A stretch of 64,000 nucleotides of DNA from a virus. Lineage: Duplodnaviria > Caudoviricetes. Location: positions 32,001-96,000 of IMG/VR virus record IMGVR_UViG_2687453780_000005. One strand, written 5' to 3'. The notes under the pieces were generated by a model. The model saw nothing but the letters and a program-made list of their open reading frames with translations, had not been told where the DNA came from and searched no databases. The position numbers and the translations under genes were made by a program. Shown in pieces: positions 1 through 10,991 of this stretch. Position 1 is the first letter of the stretch. The number at the start of each line of letters is the position of its first letter.

Positions 1-425
1 CGTTTTATCATATGAATTTTTCTAAGTGCATCTACAAACACCAAATATGTATATTCGTCAAATAAAATATCATCTGTTGAATTGTACATTACGATATCAT
101 CGTTGTCTCTCTTTTGAAATAACTGGAATTTTGAAAAATCCAAGTTACCAAATAATATCGATGTTCTTTCCACAGGGAATCCCTTACATAATAAGTTTGA
201 GAATAAAGTGTAGTCATCAATCTTGGTATAGTCAACTCCGAGGTCGTAAAGTTGAAACTTCATGTCTGCACCAACGGAAGTCAAAGTATGAATCATAAAC
301 CAATATTCCTTTTCTCCGTAATCACAGATTTCACCTAGAGTCGGCTGCCTAATTGATATTTTGTCTGTTATATGAATATTTTTTCCGCGATAAATCTTTA
401 ATTCATCTATTATTTGATTCTCCAA
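1..425 (-). CDS. Phage virion morphogenesis-region protein, 3' truncated by window edge
   Basis: TTG start at 425 after GAGGTG RBS; frame reads MENQIIDELKIYRGKNIHITDKISIRQPTLGEICDYGEKEYW and runs to the window edge. Confidence 0.65.
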   Translation of the reverse strand, partial: MENQIIDELKIYRGKNIHITDKISIRQPTLGEICDYGEKEYWFMIHTLTSVGADMKFQLYDLGVDYTKIDDYTLFSNLLCKGFPVERTSILFGNLDFSKFQLFQKRDNDDIVMYNSTDDILFDEYTYLVFVDALRKIHMIK

Positions 426-429
426 TTTA

Positions 430-966
430 TCACCTCGAATCGTAGCAGAGGGAATTGTTTATATCTTTTGTTTCAAACAACATTCTTCTATAAACAAAAT
501 CGGCATTGAAGACACCTTCTCTATTAGACGTAAGTTTTAGTTCCCCAATTAGGTTGAGCTTCGTCATGTCATCGTCAGTACCCAAACTTGTTCTTCCATT
601 AAATTTTCCATCTAATAATTTTGATAGATAGTCATTCCGATTCTCAGCAACCCCAGGAAATTCTTTGGGATTTAATATCATATGTCTATTATGACTATAA
701 ATCCATAACTCAAGAGTTGGTTTAATCCATTTGTCCCTATAAGCTTCTGTGTGTACCTGTAATGTTACAAATGTTATTTCTTCTTTAATGGTTTCAGGAT
801 TTTGGTTCCAATTAAATATGTATTTATCTCCAACATTTTCCCCAGACCAATCGGGATCAGAATTATCGTAATTAGGACTACCAAAAGCCTTAACAATCTC
901 TGGATCATTAACAATTTCACTCTTTACTTTTCTTTTAATGAGAGAGATTATTGAACTGTTAGCCAT
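430..966 (-). CDS. Putative tail terminator/neck protein
   Basis: 178 aa ORF in head-tail joining position, coupled to upstream gene. Confidence 0.5.
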   Translation of the reverse strand: MANSSIISLIKRKVKSEIVNDPEIVKAFGSPNYDNSDPDWSGENVGDKYIFNWNQNPETIKEEITFVTLQVHTEAYRDKWIKPTLELWIYSHNRHMILNPKEFPGVAENRNDYLSKLLDGKFNGRTSLGTDDDMTKLNLIGELKLTSNREGVFNADFVYRRMLFETKDINNSLCYDSR

Positions 967-2048
967 TATAAGTTACCTCCAATCTCTATAAGTTCTGAAG
1001 TAACCTCTTTACCGTTGATGACAACCGAAATCTTTACATAGTTGCCCAAAATTAAATCATCATATCCAAGCTTAACCTTACAACGCTTATCCGATAGTGT
1101 TTCTATATTTAAGAGCGAAGAGAATTCATCTGTAATTGAAACCTTCCATTCAAAATCTGGGTCCGTAACCGAATTGCCATCTGAATCTGTAAATGTTGCT
1201 GTAAATGTCTTTGCGGTTCCACCGGCGTTAATGACCTTGTCACCTTTCCACTTAATAACAATTTGCAAGAAAATTGGACTTTGATTGCCATTATCATTAC
1301 CTGGATCAGTGGGAGATGATGGAGTAGTAGGTTCTTTGTAGTCACATATCCATACTTTATCGCCAGCGCCATTATCAACAAGTTTATCGTTAGTTGGGCT
1401 GGCTTGAACTTGAGTGAAAATTAGATTAATCAGCCCCTTATCTGTGAAATCATAGGATATGTCATCAATCCTTGTAATCTCATATGGCTTACACTTCCGA
1501 ATATTTTTTGACATATGTATTCTCTTATTATCGTCCAACAACATGGTTTCATTGTCATATGGTAGATAAACCATAAACTGATTAGATTGAAGGGTAAGAG
1601 TTTTATTTTCCTTTTCTCCATTATTATAGGCCGATGCATTTAAGATGTGGGCATATCGAGATACTATTTCACCTGATTCGTTTTGCCAATGAAGTTTGTA
1701 GTTACATATACTGGCGGCTGATTTATCGTAGATACCATTATTATCAACCTTACCTTTTAACAGCCAGATTGCACCTGATTTATCCTTGACATAATGAAAC
1801 AAGTTTAATGTTCCTATATTAGCCAAAACTTGTCGCTTAATTGAATTAGTGTCGGAATCTGCCATTTTGTTTTGAATGATGGCTCTTGACGCAAATTCAG
1901 TTGATATATCATTATTGTAAAATACAACATCTTCTCCAACTTCTGAAGATATCATTTCTGCAAATGAATCTGATTTGTAATCATTGAATACATTGTTTTC
2001 CAACCCGCTGGAGAGAGAGGGAGAACCTATTAAGTACCATTCTTTCAT
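966..2048 (-). CDS. Putative head-closure/adaptor protein with C-terminal Ig-like domain
   Basis: 360 aa; Pro/Thr linker (EPTTPSSPTDP) then beta-rich Ig-like tail; synteny downstream of capsid. Confidence 0.55.
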   Translation of the reverse strand: MKEWYLIGSPSLSSGLENNVFNDYKSDSFAEMISSEVGEDVVFYNNDISTEFASRAIIQNKMADSDTNSIKRQVLANIGTLNLFHYVKDKSGAIWLLKGKVDNNGIYDKSAASICNYKLHWQNESGEIVSRYAHILNASAYNNGEKENKTLTLQSNQFMVYLPYDNETMLLDDNKRIHMSKNIRKCKPYEITRIDDISYDFTDKGLINLIFTQVQASPTNDKLVDNGAGDKVWICDYKEPTTPSSPTDPGNDNGNQSPIFLQIVIKWKGDKVINAGGTAKTFTATFTDSDGNSVTDPDFEWKVSITDEFSSLLNIETLSDKRCKVKLGYDDLILGNYVKISVVINGKEVTSELIEIGGNL

Positions 2049-2059
2049 AGTACGCCGCC

Positions 2060-2452
2060 TTAAACAAAAGCGGTTGACTTTTGATTTTCAACCATTTCAG
2101 ATGATTTGCTTCCAATATATTCAAGATGTGCCTTTTCAGCCGTTTTTGCTCCATTAGACCCGTCCCAACTTAAATCCTTTGTGACAATGCTAACCCTCTT
2201 ATTTACGAGGGAAACTTGCCGTTCTTGATATAATTGATACATAAATTGTGCAAGTGTATCTATTATGTATTGATCTAGTTTTTCATCAAATTCCATCATT
2301 TTTTCATCGAAATGAAGTTCATCTAATTCAACAGAGTATCTTCCTATTGCCTTCTTTAACCATATTAACTCAAGAGAATCTGGCAACACGGTTTTTTCAG
2401 CAAAGGAAGATTCAAAAGAGTCTATTACATCTTTTGCTAATGTATTGGCCAT
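2060..2452 (-). CDS. Putative head-tail connector
   Basis: 130 aa helical ORF downstream of capsid gene. Confidence 0.5.
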   Translation of the reverse strand: MANTLAKDVIDSFESSFAEKTVLPDSLELIWLKKAIGRYSVELDELHFDEKMMEFDEKLDQYIIDTLAQFMYQLYQERQVSLVNKRVSIVTKDLSWDGSNGAKTAEKAHLEYIGSKSSEMVENQKSTAFV

Positions 2453-2465
2453 AACTCCTCCAATC

Positions 2466-2930
2466 CTACAGTTTGTTTCCAGTATAACTAAGGCAAAACT
2501 GTATCTTTTGATAATCGTTAATGTTTAGCGTTTTAATCATTTCAATAAGAAATACTTTTTCAGCACGTGTGACAATTGTCTTTTTGATATTATCTTCAAA
2601 GGCTTTCATTGTTTTCAACTCAAAAATCTTCTTAATAATATCATTATCTACTATCTGCTGTTTTCTTCCTTCTGCATCAAAGTCTAACTGATTTCTTACA
2701 TATTCATCTTCAATGATCCATGTTGCATGAGAACCGTATCCGTCAGTTCCGGTCAATAATTTATTACCACTCTGTCCCTGAGCAATAACTTCTTCTCTGG
2801 TTAGATAGACAATACCATTAGCGGGGACATTGATATCTCCGGTACTTGTTTTTCTAGCAGCACCGGTGAGCCACGGAGCTATGCTTCTAACTTTTATTTT
2901 TTCATCAAGTCTAATTTCTTTGGGTTCCAT
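2466..2930 (-). CDS. Phage hypothetical protein (head module)
   Basis: ATG at 2930 with AAGGAG RBS; ORF-track start 3023 probably too long. Confidence 0.65.
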   Translation of the reverse strand: MEPKEIRLDEKIKVRSIAPWLTGAARKTSTGDINVPANGIVYLTREEVIAQGQSGNKLLTGTDGYGSHATWIIEDEYVRNQLDFDAEGRKQQIVDNDIIKKIFELKTMKAFEDNIKKTIVTRAEKVFLIEMIKTLNINDYQKIQFCLSYTGNKL

Positions 2931-2961
2931 TATAATCTCCTTAACAATTAGTTTAAAATTT

Positions 2962-3138
2962 TCAATTATTTTTGATTGAACTCCACAGTTGAATGAGAGT
3001 ATTGAGCCTATCTGATTTTGCAAATGTCCAATATCTCATACCGCTGTTTATATTAACTTTTGTAGAAATATATCTCTGGTCAAAACTTCTTAAAAAATAT
3101 GCCATTTTCTTAGAATAACAATAGAATATATCACTCAT
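2962..3138 (-). CDS. Small phage protein (DUF5659-like)
   Basis: FYCYSKKMAYFL...YWTFAKS pattern. Confidence 0.5.
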   Translation of the reverse strand: MSDIFYCYSKKMAYFLRSFDQRYISTKVNINSGMRYWTFAKSDRLNTLIQLWSSIKNN

Positions 3139-3183
3139 ATAATCACCAAGAGAGAGCATTACGCCCTCTCAAAATCCCTTTTG

Positions 3184-4281
3184 TTAATCTGCTAGATCAT
3201 CAAGATTTGTATCATGGATCGTACCAACTTTGTACTCCTGTCCTGGAGCCACAATTGCACCAACTTCAAGATCAAATCGTGAGATTAGCTGTCCAGTTGT
3301 TACCTCGTTGCCACTGAAAGAAGTTAAGCCACCTCTTGTTACAGTATAAATAGGTGAAGCAGAACCAGCAGGTAATACAAAACCAAGTCCCGCAGGAAGC
3401 ATAGTATTAAAGTTGTCACCTGTAGAGTTGATGCTTGTTAAATCATACGGATTTGGAATTTCTGACAAGATAGTACCGTTATACATTCCCATCAATCCGC
3501 TATCATGGATTTCTTTCATAATAGCTTCGGAAATTCCGTTTACTGTAGGAGTTGTACCAACATAACCAGCCCAAGGATTAAACTGTGTAAGTAATGCATA
3601 GTCACCTGAAACAGTAGTCTTTCCGAAACGTCTAATCTTAGTGATTACATCGTCAACTCCTGTTTTTGTAAGACCCGCCCCCTCAAAGAAGTACTTGATT
3701 CCAGTAGCAGCCTTGATAGCGTCGTAAACAGTCTGAATAACGTATTTTGTGGCTTTATTTCTGATCTGTACTCTTACCTGATTCTGTAACTCGTTTTCAT
3801 CAGACATGTCACCGAGAGTAGCCTTACGATAATCTACAGCATAACCGCCAGAAATAACAGTAGTTGCAATTGGAACTCTTTTCTTACGAATAACAGGGAA
3901 ACCAACGTCCTGTCCAGCAGCTTGTTCTTTTGCTGGCAAATTAGCGTACTCTGTAATTTCTACTTCACAAGACTCATTGTATCCAAGCGGCTTATAGTTA
4001 CCGTAAATACCAAGCAATTTAATTTCCTGAAGCAAAACAGGTTCGATAGCAAGTCTACGAATTGTATTCAGCTCAGAAATTGCAGTCGAATCACCATTAG
4101 TTGCCTTTGAATTTAATTCTTTAATATATTTCGCCGCAGCATCGGCCTTTTTACCATAAGAAGATAACTCTTTACCATTTACCATTGCGGAGAAAATTTC
4201 TACAACAGCAGACTTGCCATTTACCTTTCCGCTTGCGTACTCAGAATCTCTTCTTTCATTGTTTAATTCGATTGTATACAT
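3184..4281 (-). CDS. Major capsid protein
   Basis: 365 aa, strong AAGGAGG RBS, position after protease and decoration genes. Confidence 0.85.
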   Translation of the reverse strand: MYTIELNNERRDSEYASGKVNGKSAVVEIFSAMVNGKELSSYGKKADAAAKYIKELNSKATNGDSTAISELNTIRRLAIEPVLLQEIKLLGIYGNYKPLGYNESCEVEITEYANLPAKEQAAGQDVGFPVIRKKRVPIATTVISGGYAVDYRKATLGDMSDENELQNQVRVQIRNKATKYVIQTVYDAIKAATGIKYFFEGAGLTKTGVDDVITKIRRFGKTTVSGDYALLTQFNPWAGYVGTTPTVNGISEAIMKEIHDSGLMGMYNGTILSEIPNPYDLTSINSTGDNFNTMLPAGLGFVLPAGSASPIYTVTRGGLTSFSGNEVTTGQLISRFDLEVGAIVAPGQEYKVGTIHDTNLDDLAD

Positions 4282-4307
4282 TATCTTTATTCCTCCTTAA
4301 AAGTCGA

Positions 4308-4742
4308 TTACTCACCATCTGCCGGTACAACTACAGATGCGATAATTCCAAGTTTATTCCCAATGATTTCATCAACAACAAGATATAATCCAGTCGGAGA
4401 TGCGGTAACAACAAGTTTTCCAGTTACATCAGAAGCCAATTTATTGCCCTTTGCATATGTAGAAGGAAGAGGAGAGCCATAAACCTCAATTTTCTTTCCT
4501 GTTGCCGCAACTTTCTTTAAATCAATTACTCTAACATGAGTGTTTTTTGCAATAGGATAAACATCCAAGTCGGCATTGTCACCCACCTCTACTTGCATAA
4601 CTGCTTTGGTTGCATTTGCGGCAACAGCGAAAGATTCGTTAGCAACAGAACCAAAGTCGCCATTTGCAATTGCTGCGGATGTCACTGCATCTTCAAAAAA
4701 GTATTCCTTCTCAATCTGAGAGATTTTATTAAATTTAATCAT
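4308..4742 (-). CDS. Capsid decoration/cement protein
   Basis: 144 aa Ala/Val/Gly-rich ORF between protease and capsid genes. Confidence 0.65.
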   Translation of the reverse strand: MIKFNKISQIEKEYFFEDAVTSAAIANGDFGSVANESFAVAANATKAVMQVEVGDNADLDVYPIAKNTHVRVIDLKKVAATGKKIEVYGSPLPSTYAKGNKLASDVTGKLVVTASPTGLYLVVDEIIGNKLGIIASVVVPADGE

Positions 4743-4763
4743 GATTTTCCTCCTTGTTTTTCA

Positions 4764-5927
4764 TTAAAAAATGTTAACATCTTCGTCTTCGTCGCCATCG
4801 GAATATGTACACACTTCTGAGAAAATATCTTCCGTAGTAGTTTCCTTCTTTGAGTTGATTTCAGATGTTTTAGACTGTTCCTTCTGGGCTGCTACAATGC
4901 CTACGCAAATCTTTGCTTTAATTACATCAATGTTGCCCTTATTCGGATCTTCATTAAAAGAATTAATTTCTGATTCTGCAAATTTCTTTTCCTCGTCGGT
5001 GTAAACAGAAATAGCCTCATTTAATTCAGCAATTCTTTTTTCTGCTTTTAACGTAGCCAGTTCTTTTTCAAGAATATCTCTCTCTGCCCAATATGTTTCG
5101 TGCTCTTTATTTAACGTGTCAAGTGCCGCCTGAACCTGCTCTACTGTGGCATTCAGTTCAACAATAGTATTTTCTTTTGAAATAACCAGTTCATTAAGTT
5201 CACTAATCTTTATTTCATATTCAGCAGTTTTGTTGTTTGTCTCAGAAATAGTATCTCTGATAACATTTTTAACTTCGTTCATATCAAATTCCATTAATTC
5301 TTGTTCCTCCTTATTTTTCTTTTCAGCCACTTCCAAAACAATTGCATCATCATCAGCTGGTGATACAGATAAAATTGCAGTACCAGATAATAAAAACTCC
5401 TTTGGTGTTCTGAATTTGTCAGTTGGTTTATCTTCTTCGTAGACGATCTTATTTTGATTAGTTTCTAACCCCATAACCTCAACCGACGAATCTACTTTGT
5501 CAATGGCGTAATTCTGTCTAACCCATTTCACGAAATTAGGATATCTTGAATGGAAAAGAAATCCTTCTCCTGCCAAGACTTTAATTGTTCCTTCCCCGTC
5601 TGAAATTTCTTCAATAGAATACTTTTCAATTGATCCGACAACTTCGCTATTCTCAAAAACTGGTTCTTTTGACCCATCTTCATTAACCAAGTCATTGGTA
5701 TAACCATGCCCAAGAGGAGCAGTTTTTGTATCATCGCAAAACTCACTACAAATTGGTATAGAACCAGAGTTATTGGCCGCATTTAGTACATATTCTTCAT
5801 TCCAATGAATTCCATTTTTGTTTGTATCAGTGGCGTTCTCGTGAATTTTTAGAAGTGCAATTTTGATAGGTACTTTTCCGCCCCTAACGGCACGTTTTGA
5901 AAGTTCGAGGATATTATTTTGATACAT
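4764..5927 (-). CDS. Prohead protease with C-terminal scaffold coiled coil
   Basis: N-terminal protease-like region (LGHG, SSVEV, SPAD) and acidic coiled-coil C-terminus. Confidence 0.75.
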   Translation of the reverse strand: MYQNNILELSKRAVRGGKVPIKIALLKIHENATDTNKNGIHWNEEYVLNAANNSGSIPICSEFCDDTKTAPLGHGYTNDLVNEDGSKEPVFENSEVVGSIEKYSIEEISDGEGTIKVLAGEGFLFHSRYPNFVKWVRQNYAIDKVDSSVEVMGLETNQNKIVYEEDKPTDKFRTPKEFLLSGTAILSVSPADDDAIVLEVAEKKNKEEQELMEFDMNEVKNVIRDTISETNNKTAEYEIKISELNELVISKENTIVELNATVEQVQAALDTLNKEHETYWAERDILEKELATLKAEKRIAELNEAISVYTDEEKKFAESEINSFNEDPNKGNIDVIKAKICVGIVAAQKEQSKTSEINSKKETTTEDIFSEVCTYSDGDEDEDVNIF

Positions 5928-5984
5928 AGTCAATCCTCCTTAAATTTTTGTATAATAAAAAGACGGTCAATGACCGCCTTAAAA

Positions 5985-7616
5985 TTATTTGTTGTCGCTA
6001 GGACTTGGCATCGCATTACCATTATTCGATTTACTTATTAGTGTACTTTGATTGGTAGGGTTTTCAGATTCTGGTCTACCTGCCGTATTCGTCTTTTCGT
6101 TAGCCGTAAAAGATGTCATGTGTACCGGATATTTATGCTCAATATCTTCATCAAGTTCAGTATCCATAAGCTCAAAATATGCCTCTGAATTAATACCAGT
6201 ACTTGCAATCCATGCGGTTAAAGACCCTTTCCCTTGCAAATACAAGTCTTTCATTTGTTGAGTGAATTCTTTTCTCGTGATGATACTACATGGTAGGTAA
6301 TACAAACTGACAATATTACTTGAATCTTTTATAATATTCTGATTTATCACCTTCACAAATTCTTCTGTAATTGGCTCCATCCACATAAAGATTTCAGATA
6401 GTAGTAGCTGAAGATTATTCTGTTGAGAAGCAAAGTTTCCAGATCCGGTTCCAGATACCAAATTTGCCATGAATCCCAAATCCACGCCAATCTGGTCATT
6501 AATATACGAACTGTTCTTTTCGTCAAGCAACGATACATCTGCTTTGATTTGATCTATCTTAGTACCTGCAGATACCGTGAAGAAACTTGTTGAATTGCGA
6601 TTGTTTTTTGTTAATACTGCTTGTTTTACCTTGTCGTGCTGATCTGTTTGCTGAGCCTTTGTTAACGCGCAAGAGCCTGGATCTTTACCTTGTGGTAATG
6701 TCTGATAAATAATTCTGTTATTAATTTCATCAAGCGTTCCACGGGCGGTATCCTGAAAATAAGATGAGTAAAGAATATTTTTTATTGCAGCGAGGCATAG
6801 TGGTCTACCCCATGCTTCTTCTAATTTACTTCGTATTTTAGATACAATGGTTTTTGAATTATCAAGAATAATCCAGTTGTTCATGGTGGATTCAGGTTTA
6901 TTAAAGTTTGTCCAACCCTCGCGTATTTCCTGTGGATAAAGCCGCAATTTTCTTTCCAGTTCATTTCCATCAAGACCTTCAAAGTACCTCAAATTAAAAG
7001 CAAGTACATAAGATGAATTTTTTCTACCCACAATCTTTGTGTAATTAGTTGGTAATGGGATAACAGACATATTTATACCTAACTCATTTATTTCAAGTAT
7101 ATTTTCTACATCATAGTCGCTCATAGTCTTCTTATTATCATTTGTACTATTAGTAAAAGCACAATAATAAAAAGACACCCCATCAATCATTGATTTATAC
7201 AGGGCATCTCTCATAATTTCCTTATGATGAAAACTTCTTAATGCTGACTCCATCAGTCTTTTATTGGTTTGTCTTTTTGATTTGCTTTTACCCCTTGGTA
7301 TAACTACACTATCTAGTGTTGGGAGAGCTGTGCAATAGTCGATACACTGAGTAAGCAGTCCGTTAGATGAATAGAGTTGATTAGACAGTTTCCTTAACTG
7401 CTCGTTATGTATCATTGGACTTTTTATCATTGCGGATATTTCTTTTGGCTCATATATTTCAAAAATATCAAGACCAAATATATATTCGGATACTCCACGT
7501 GATGAAAAACTATTAAATTCGTGATTATTGTTGGTGACAGGAGAGGAGATTTCCCCATTGTCTATAGGCTGTGTTTTTCGTGGACGACCCCTACCACGCT
7601 TGATTTCTTCTGCCAT
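5985..7616 (-). CDS. Portal protein
   Basis: 543 aa between terminase and protease; WGRP motif and GRP-containing low-complexity tail. Confidence 0.8.
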   Translation of the reverse strand: MAEEIKRGRGRPRKTQPIDNGEISSPVTNNNHEFNSFSSRGVSEYIFGLDIFEIYEPKEISAMIKSPMIHNEQLRKLSNQLYSSNGLLTQCIDYCTALPTLDSVVIPRGKSKSKRQTNKRLMESALRSFHHKEIMRDALYKSMIDGVSFYYCAFTNSTNDNKKTMSDYDVENILEINELGINMSVIPLPTNYTKIVGRKNSSYVLAFNLRYFEGLDGNELERKLRLYPQEIREGWTNFNKPESTMNNWIILDNSKTIVSKIRSKLEEAWGRPLCLAAIKNILYSSYFQDTARGTLDEINNRIIYQTLPQGKDPGSCALTKAQQTDQHDKVKQAVLTKNNRNSTSFFTVSAGTKIDQIKADVSLLDEKNSSYINDQIGVDLGFMANLVSGTGSGNFASQQNNLQLLLSEIFMWMEPITEEFVKVINQNIIKDSSNIVSLYYLPCSIITRKEFTQQMKDLYLQGKGSLTAWIASTGINSEAYFELMDTELDEDIEHKYPVHMTSFTANEKTNTAGRPESENPTNQSTLISKSNNGNAMPSPSDNK

Positions 7617-7632
7617 TTTTCACCTCCATTCT

Positions 7633-9462
7633 CTAATTGATTAGTGTGGCGTATTCATAATCTGAATTATCAGATAATAAATCTTGCTCCAACAGCCCAA
7701 TAAAGTAACTATTATAAGCTAAACTTACATATCTATCCTTTGTATTACTACCAGTTTCGTATAGTGAAATTACACCAGTCTGTTCATTTCTTGTGTATTC
7801 CAAGGATATCATTTCATTCAATAACGCCTGTGTTTCCAAAAATGGCCTTTCATAAAATAGCATGATATCTGGATCGGTTGCGAGAGAATATTCTTGGATA
7901 TTATTTTGCAAAATATCCTGCGCAGAATCTAAATTAACTAATAAATCTATCATCTTAGAATCTAAAACCCCGCGTAATGCAATAGCAATATCATTATTCA
8001 GCTTTTGACTTGCGTTTATAGCAAATACATTTTCATCAGCTCCAGCAACATTTACTCTATTGGCAATAACTTCATCATTCATACATCTCCAAGCAGGATA
8101 TTCACAATCTCTATCTTCGTCGTAAAGTACCTTTGCCAATCTATCATATGTTAATATTCCACCATTTCTAGTATCAAGAACAATATAGTCAGCTTCAAAA
8201 TCGTAGAATAATTGCTTTATTCTTATAGCCTGTTTATCAACATCACTACCAGGATTTGCTTCAATATATGAGAGAATGCGTCTATACCCATTTTTTACTT
8301 CAATCTTCTTCCCATCTACATTACTAGATTCATACGTCACACTTTCAGGTAGAGCACGTATGCAAGTAAAACATGAATTATCATTTTTATTTGAACGTTC
8401 TATAAAAGCCATATCGCAAGCAAGCACTCTGACTTCGCCGATCTGTTTAGGAATAGCATAGGGATTTTTATGTTTATTTCTTACATCATCTAACTTTCTT
8501 GGATAGAATGCCTTTTTATTAACCTGATTTTGAGTCAGCAACCCGTATGTAAAATAAGCATTAGCATTTTCTCTTAACATTTCATTCTCGTATTCTTCTC
8601 TCCAAGTTATCGGATCTGTGGTTCTCTTTGCGTCTACGAGGTTAGACATGGTTTTTATCTCGTGTTTTAAGGCAATGGAATAATCGGTGGCTAAAATACA
8701 CGATGTTCCATCTCCGTATTTACTTTTAACCGTATCTTTAAGCAATTTTCCCATCCAATGGCTAGTTGGTGCGGCTGAGCTTATGTATATATTTACTGCC
8801 TCTTCTGAAAACTCTTTATTTTCGCGATATTTTACACCATACTGTTCACATTCTTCGTTGGTACGATATTGCGCTGGACGGGTCATCTGGAATGGTTTAA
8901 GAACTTTATCTACAATATATTTTTTGATTCTTTTAAATTCTTCAAAGATTAGAATAGTGGATCTATATCCAAGAGCATCTTCACTTGCGACCACTACTAC
9001 AATAGAACTACCATTATGAAAAGTAACTTCAATATCGTTTGCGTTTGTAGTAATTTTCTTAATCTCGCGTCGTAAATTCTCTGATTTGGGCATTAGTTCT
9101 TTTTGTATTTTTTCCTTTACGATCAAAGCAGCCTGTTTCTTTGTTCCACTGGCTACGACAACCTTGGTGTTTGGATAAAGAATACATTTGGCGCATGAAA
9201 AAATAGCAATCACAAATGATTTTGCGGAGGCTCGTCCAGCAATAATGACCACGCTAATATAGGCATTTAATATGTAGAGCCATATAATTTGATACCAATG
9301 AAGGGTAATGCCTAAATAGTGTTCAACAAATACGGGGATATTTCTGCGGTAAAAAGTGATCCAATCCAATATCCTTACATAATTTTCTTTATTGGATAGC
9401 CAAGAAGATTGAGAGAATTTTTTGTAGACAATTTTCTGATAGGCATCAAGCACATCATTCAC
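7633..9462 (-). CDS. terL: Terminase large subunit
   Basis: Walker A-like AGRASAKS, LGYR, Walker B IFEE, ISSA coupling motif, nuclease motifs LACD and KDRY. Confidence 0.9.
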   Translation of the reverse strand: MNDVLDAYQKIVYKKFSQSSWLSNKENYVRILDWITFYRRNIPVFVEHYLGITLHWYQIIWLYILNAYISVVIIAGRASAKSFVIAIFSCAKCILYPNTKVVVASGTKKQAALIVKEKIQKELMPKSENLRREIKKITTNANDIEVTFHNGSSIVVVVASEDALGYRSTILIFEEFKRIKKYIVDKVLKPFQMTRPAQYRTNEECEQYGVKYRENKEFSEEAVNIYISSAAPTSHWMGKLLKDTVKSKYGDGTSCILATDYSIALKHEIKTMSNLVDAKRTTDPITWREEYENEMLRENANAYFTYGLLTQNQVNKKAFYPRKLDDVRNKHKNPYAIPKQIGEVRVLACDMAFIERSNKNDNSCFTCIRALPESVTYESSNVDGKKIEVKNGYRRILSYIEANPGSDVDKQAIRIKQLFYDFEADYIVLDTRNGGILTYDRLAKVLYDEDRDCEYPAWRCMNDEVIANRVNVAGADENVFAINASQKLNNDIAIALRGVLDSKMIDLLVNLDSAQDILQNNIQEYSLATDPDIMLFYERPFLETQALLNEMISLEYTRNEQTGVISLYETGSNTKDRYVSLAYNSYFIGLLEQDLLSDNSDYEYATLIN

Positions 9463-10462
9463 CGTCCTTTATTTCTGTATCTTCATCATTTATCCAATAA
9501 TCCGCATCTTTTTCCTTTGTACCAAATATCAAATTCTTTAAAGGTCTAAACATAAATCGCTCTATGTATTCTATAATTCCAAAGAAATCATGGTACTTCT
9601 TCTTATCTTGGTAATATTCAGCAGGAGAATACTTTTCGATATCCATTATCCATTTTCCAAAACTATCATTAGTTACATCCGCATCATCCGCTTTTAGACC
9701 AGCTGCTTCAAATAATGATTTGTATGAATTTGATAATGTTCCTATATCTTTTCCATTTTGAATATTTATTTGCATCTGATATTCCAACAGGCAAAGGTTT
9801 TTCATCATTTTTTGCTTTTTGACATCTGGTTTTCCCTCACATAACTTAAGCAATTCATCATAATATCCCTGTAGAGCTTGTAATGCCTGTGCTTCATAGC
9901 CAGCTCCCCAGAATTTGATCATTTTTGGAGTGATTTTGTAATCCGCAATGTCATCAATGTCTTCAGATGTATTTACAGTCCTATTTTGACGATTATCAAA
10001 ATTGAATTTCAAAGAGTCTATAAAAGTTTTTCTTCCAGCGACATTAAGATTTTTCTTTGCTGCATAGTGTGAAATTCTACTTCGATCAGATGAAATTTCA
10101 CGCGCCTGCTTTAAAACCTCTATGTCGTATACCCAGTCAACTTGACATGTAAAATGTTCAATAGCATGTTCTTCATTCCCACTATACAAAGCGGTTAATA
10201 GTGTTACATACTTATCTGTACATTCTTTACACCATGGCAAATATCCATCGTTCGCCTGGAATAGTGGGCTGTTTGATTTTTGAAAATTATTTTTCTGTGC
10301 AATATACCCCCGCCCACAGCATGAACATTTGTATTTATGTTTTTCTGAATCATATTGTTGTGGAGATCTTGGAATCTTAAATTCAACACTTGTATCAATT
10401 ACTTTTGGTGAGTTCATTGACTCACGGACAATATCTTCTTTGGTTCTTCCTACAGTAGCCAA
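9455..10462 (-). CDS. Zn-finger protein, putative terminase small subunit
   Basis: CxCC...CxxC motif; overlaps terL start. Confidence 0.55.
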   Translation of the reverse strand: MATVGRTKEDIVRESMNSPKVIDTSVEFKIPRSPQQYDSEKHKYKCSCCGRGYIAQKNNFQKSNSPLFQANDGYLPWCKECTDKYVTLLTALYSGNEEHAIEHFTCQVDWVYDIEVLKQAREISSDRSRISHYAAKKNLNVAGRKTFIDSLKFNFDNRQNRTVNTSEDIDDIADYKITPKMIKFWGAGYEAQALQALQGYYDELLKLCEGKPDVKKQKMMKNLCLLEYQMQINIQNGKDIGTLSNSYKSLFEAAGLKADDADVTNDSFGKWIMDIEKYSPAEYYQDKKKYHDFFGIIEYIERFMFRPLKNLIFGTKEKDADYWINDEDTEIKDGE

Positions 10463-10484
10463 AGTCTCACCTCCATTCTTTGCA

Positions 10485-10508
10485 AATAAAAAGAGCCATC
10501 ATTGGCTC
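10485..10508 (-). terminator. Intrinsic terminator-like hairpin
   Basis: Minus strand GAGCCA-atga-TGGCTC followed by TTTTTATTT. Confidence 0.5.
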
Positions 10509-10576
10509 AAAATTCAAATAAAATCGCTATTCAATAGCAAATAGAAGAGTAGATTGTAACATCTACACTTCCTAAA

Positions 10577-10780
10577 TTACTGCTGTGCTTTTCTCTTAGC
10601 ACACTCTTCTTTGAAAGATGTTCCAGGGAAGGTATTCCAACCACGAGCTGCACAATATGGGCAATCATCGGGATGAGACTTGCCAGTTGCCGGGCCATAT
10701 TCAGCCATATGAGCCTTATATTCGGCCTCCTCTGCTGGACTTACAAATTCAATTACTTCTTTTTCATAATTTGGAATCAT
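10577..10780 (-). CDS. Small hypothetical protein
   Basis: 67 aa, GAAAGGA RBS, HPxxCPxC motif. Confidence 0.6.
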   Translation of the reverse strand: MIPNYEKEVIEFVSPAEEAEYKAHMAEYGPATGKSHPDDCPYCAARGWNTFPGTSFKEECAKRKAQQ

Positions 10781-10991
10781 GTGTTTAATTTCCTTTCGTG
10801 TTTTTATTTATACATAAAATTATGTATATTTCTAATTAATCCAACTTCTCCAAAAGTCCTTCTATAGTTACCGTTTCACCAATAGATACACATGTATCTT
10901 GACGAGTTTCAAGAACTTCTTTCAGAATGGAGATTTCGTCATCAGTAAGGTTGATTGTCTTCGTTATAATATCAAACATTCATATCACCCC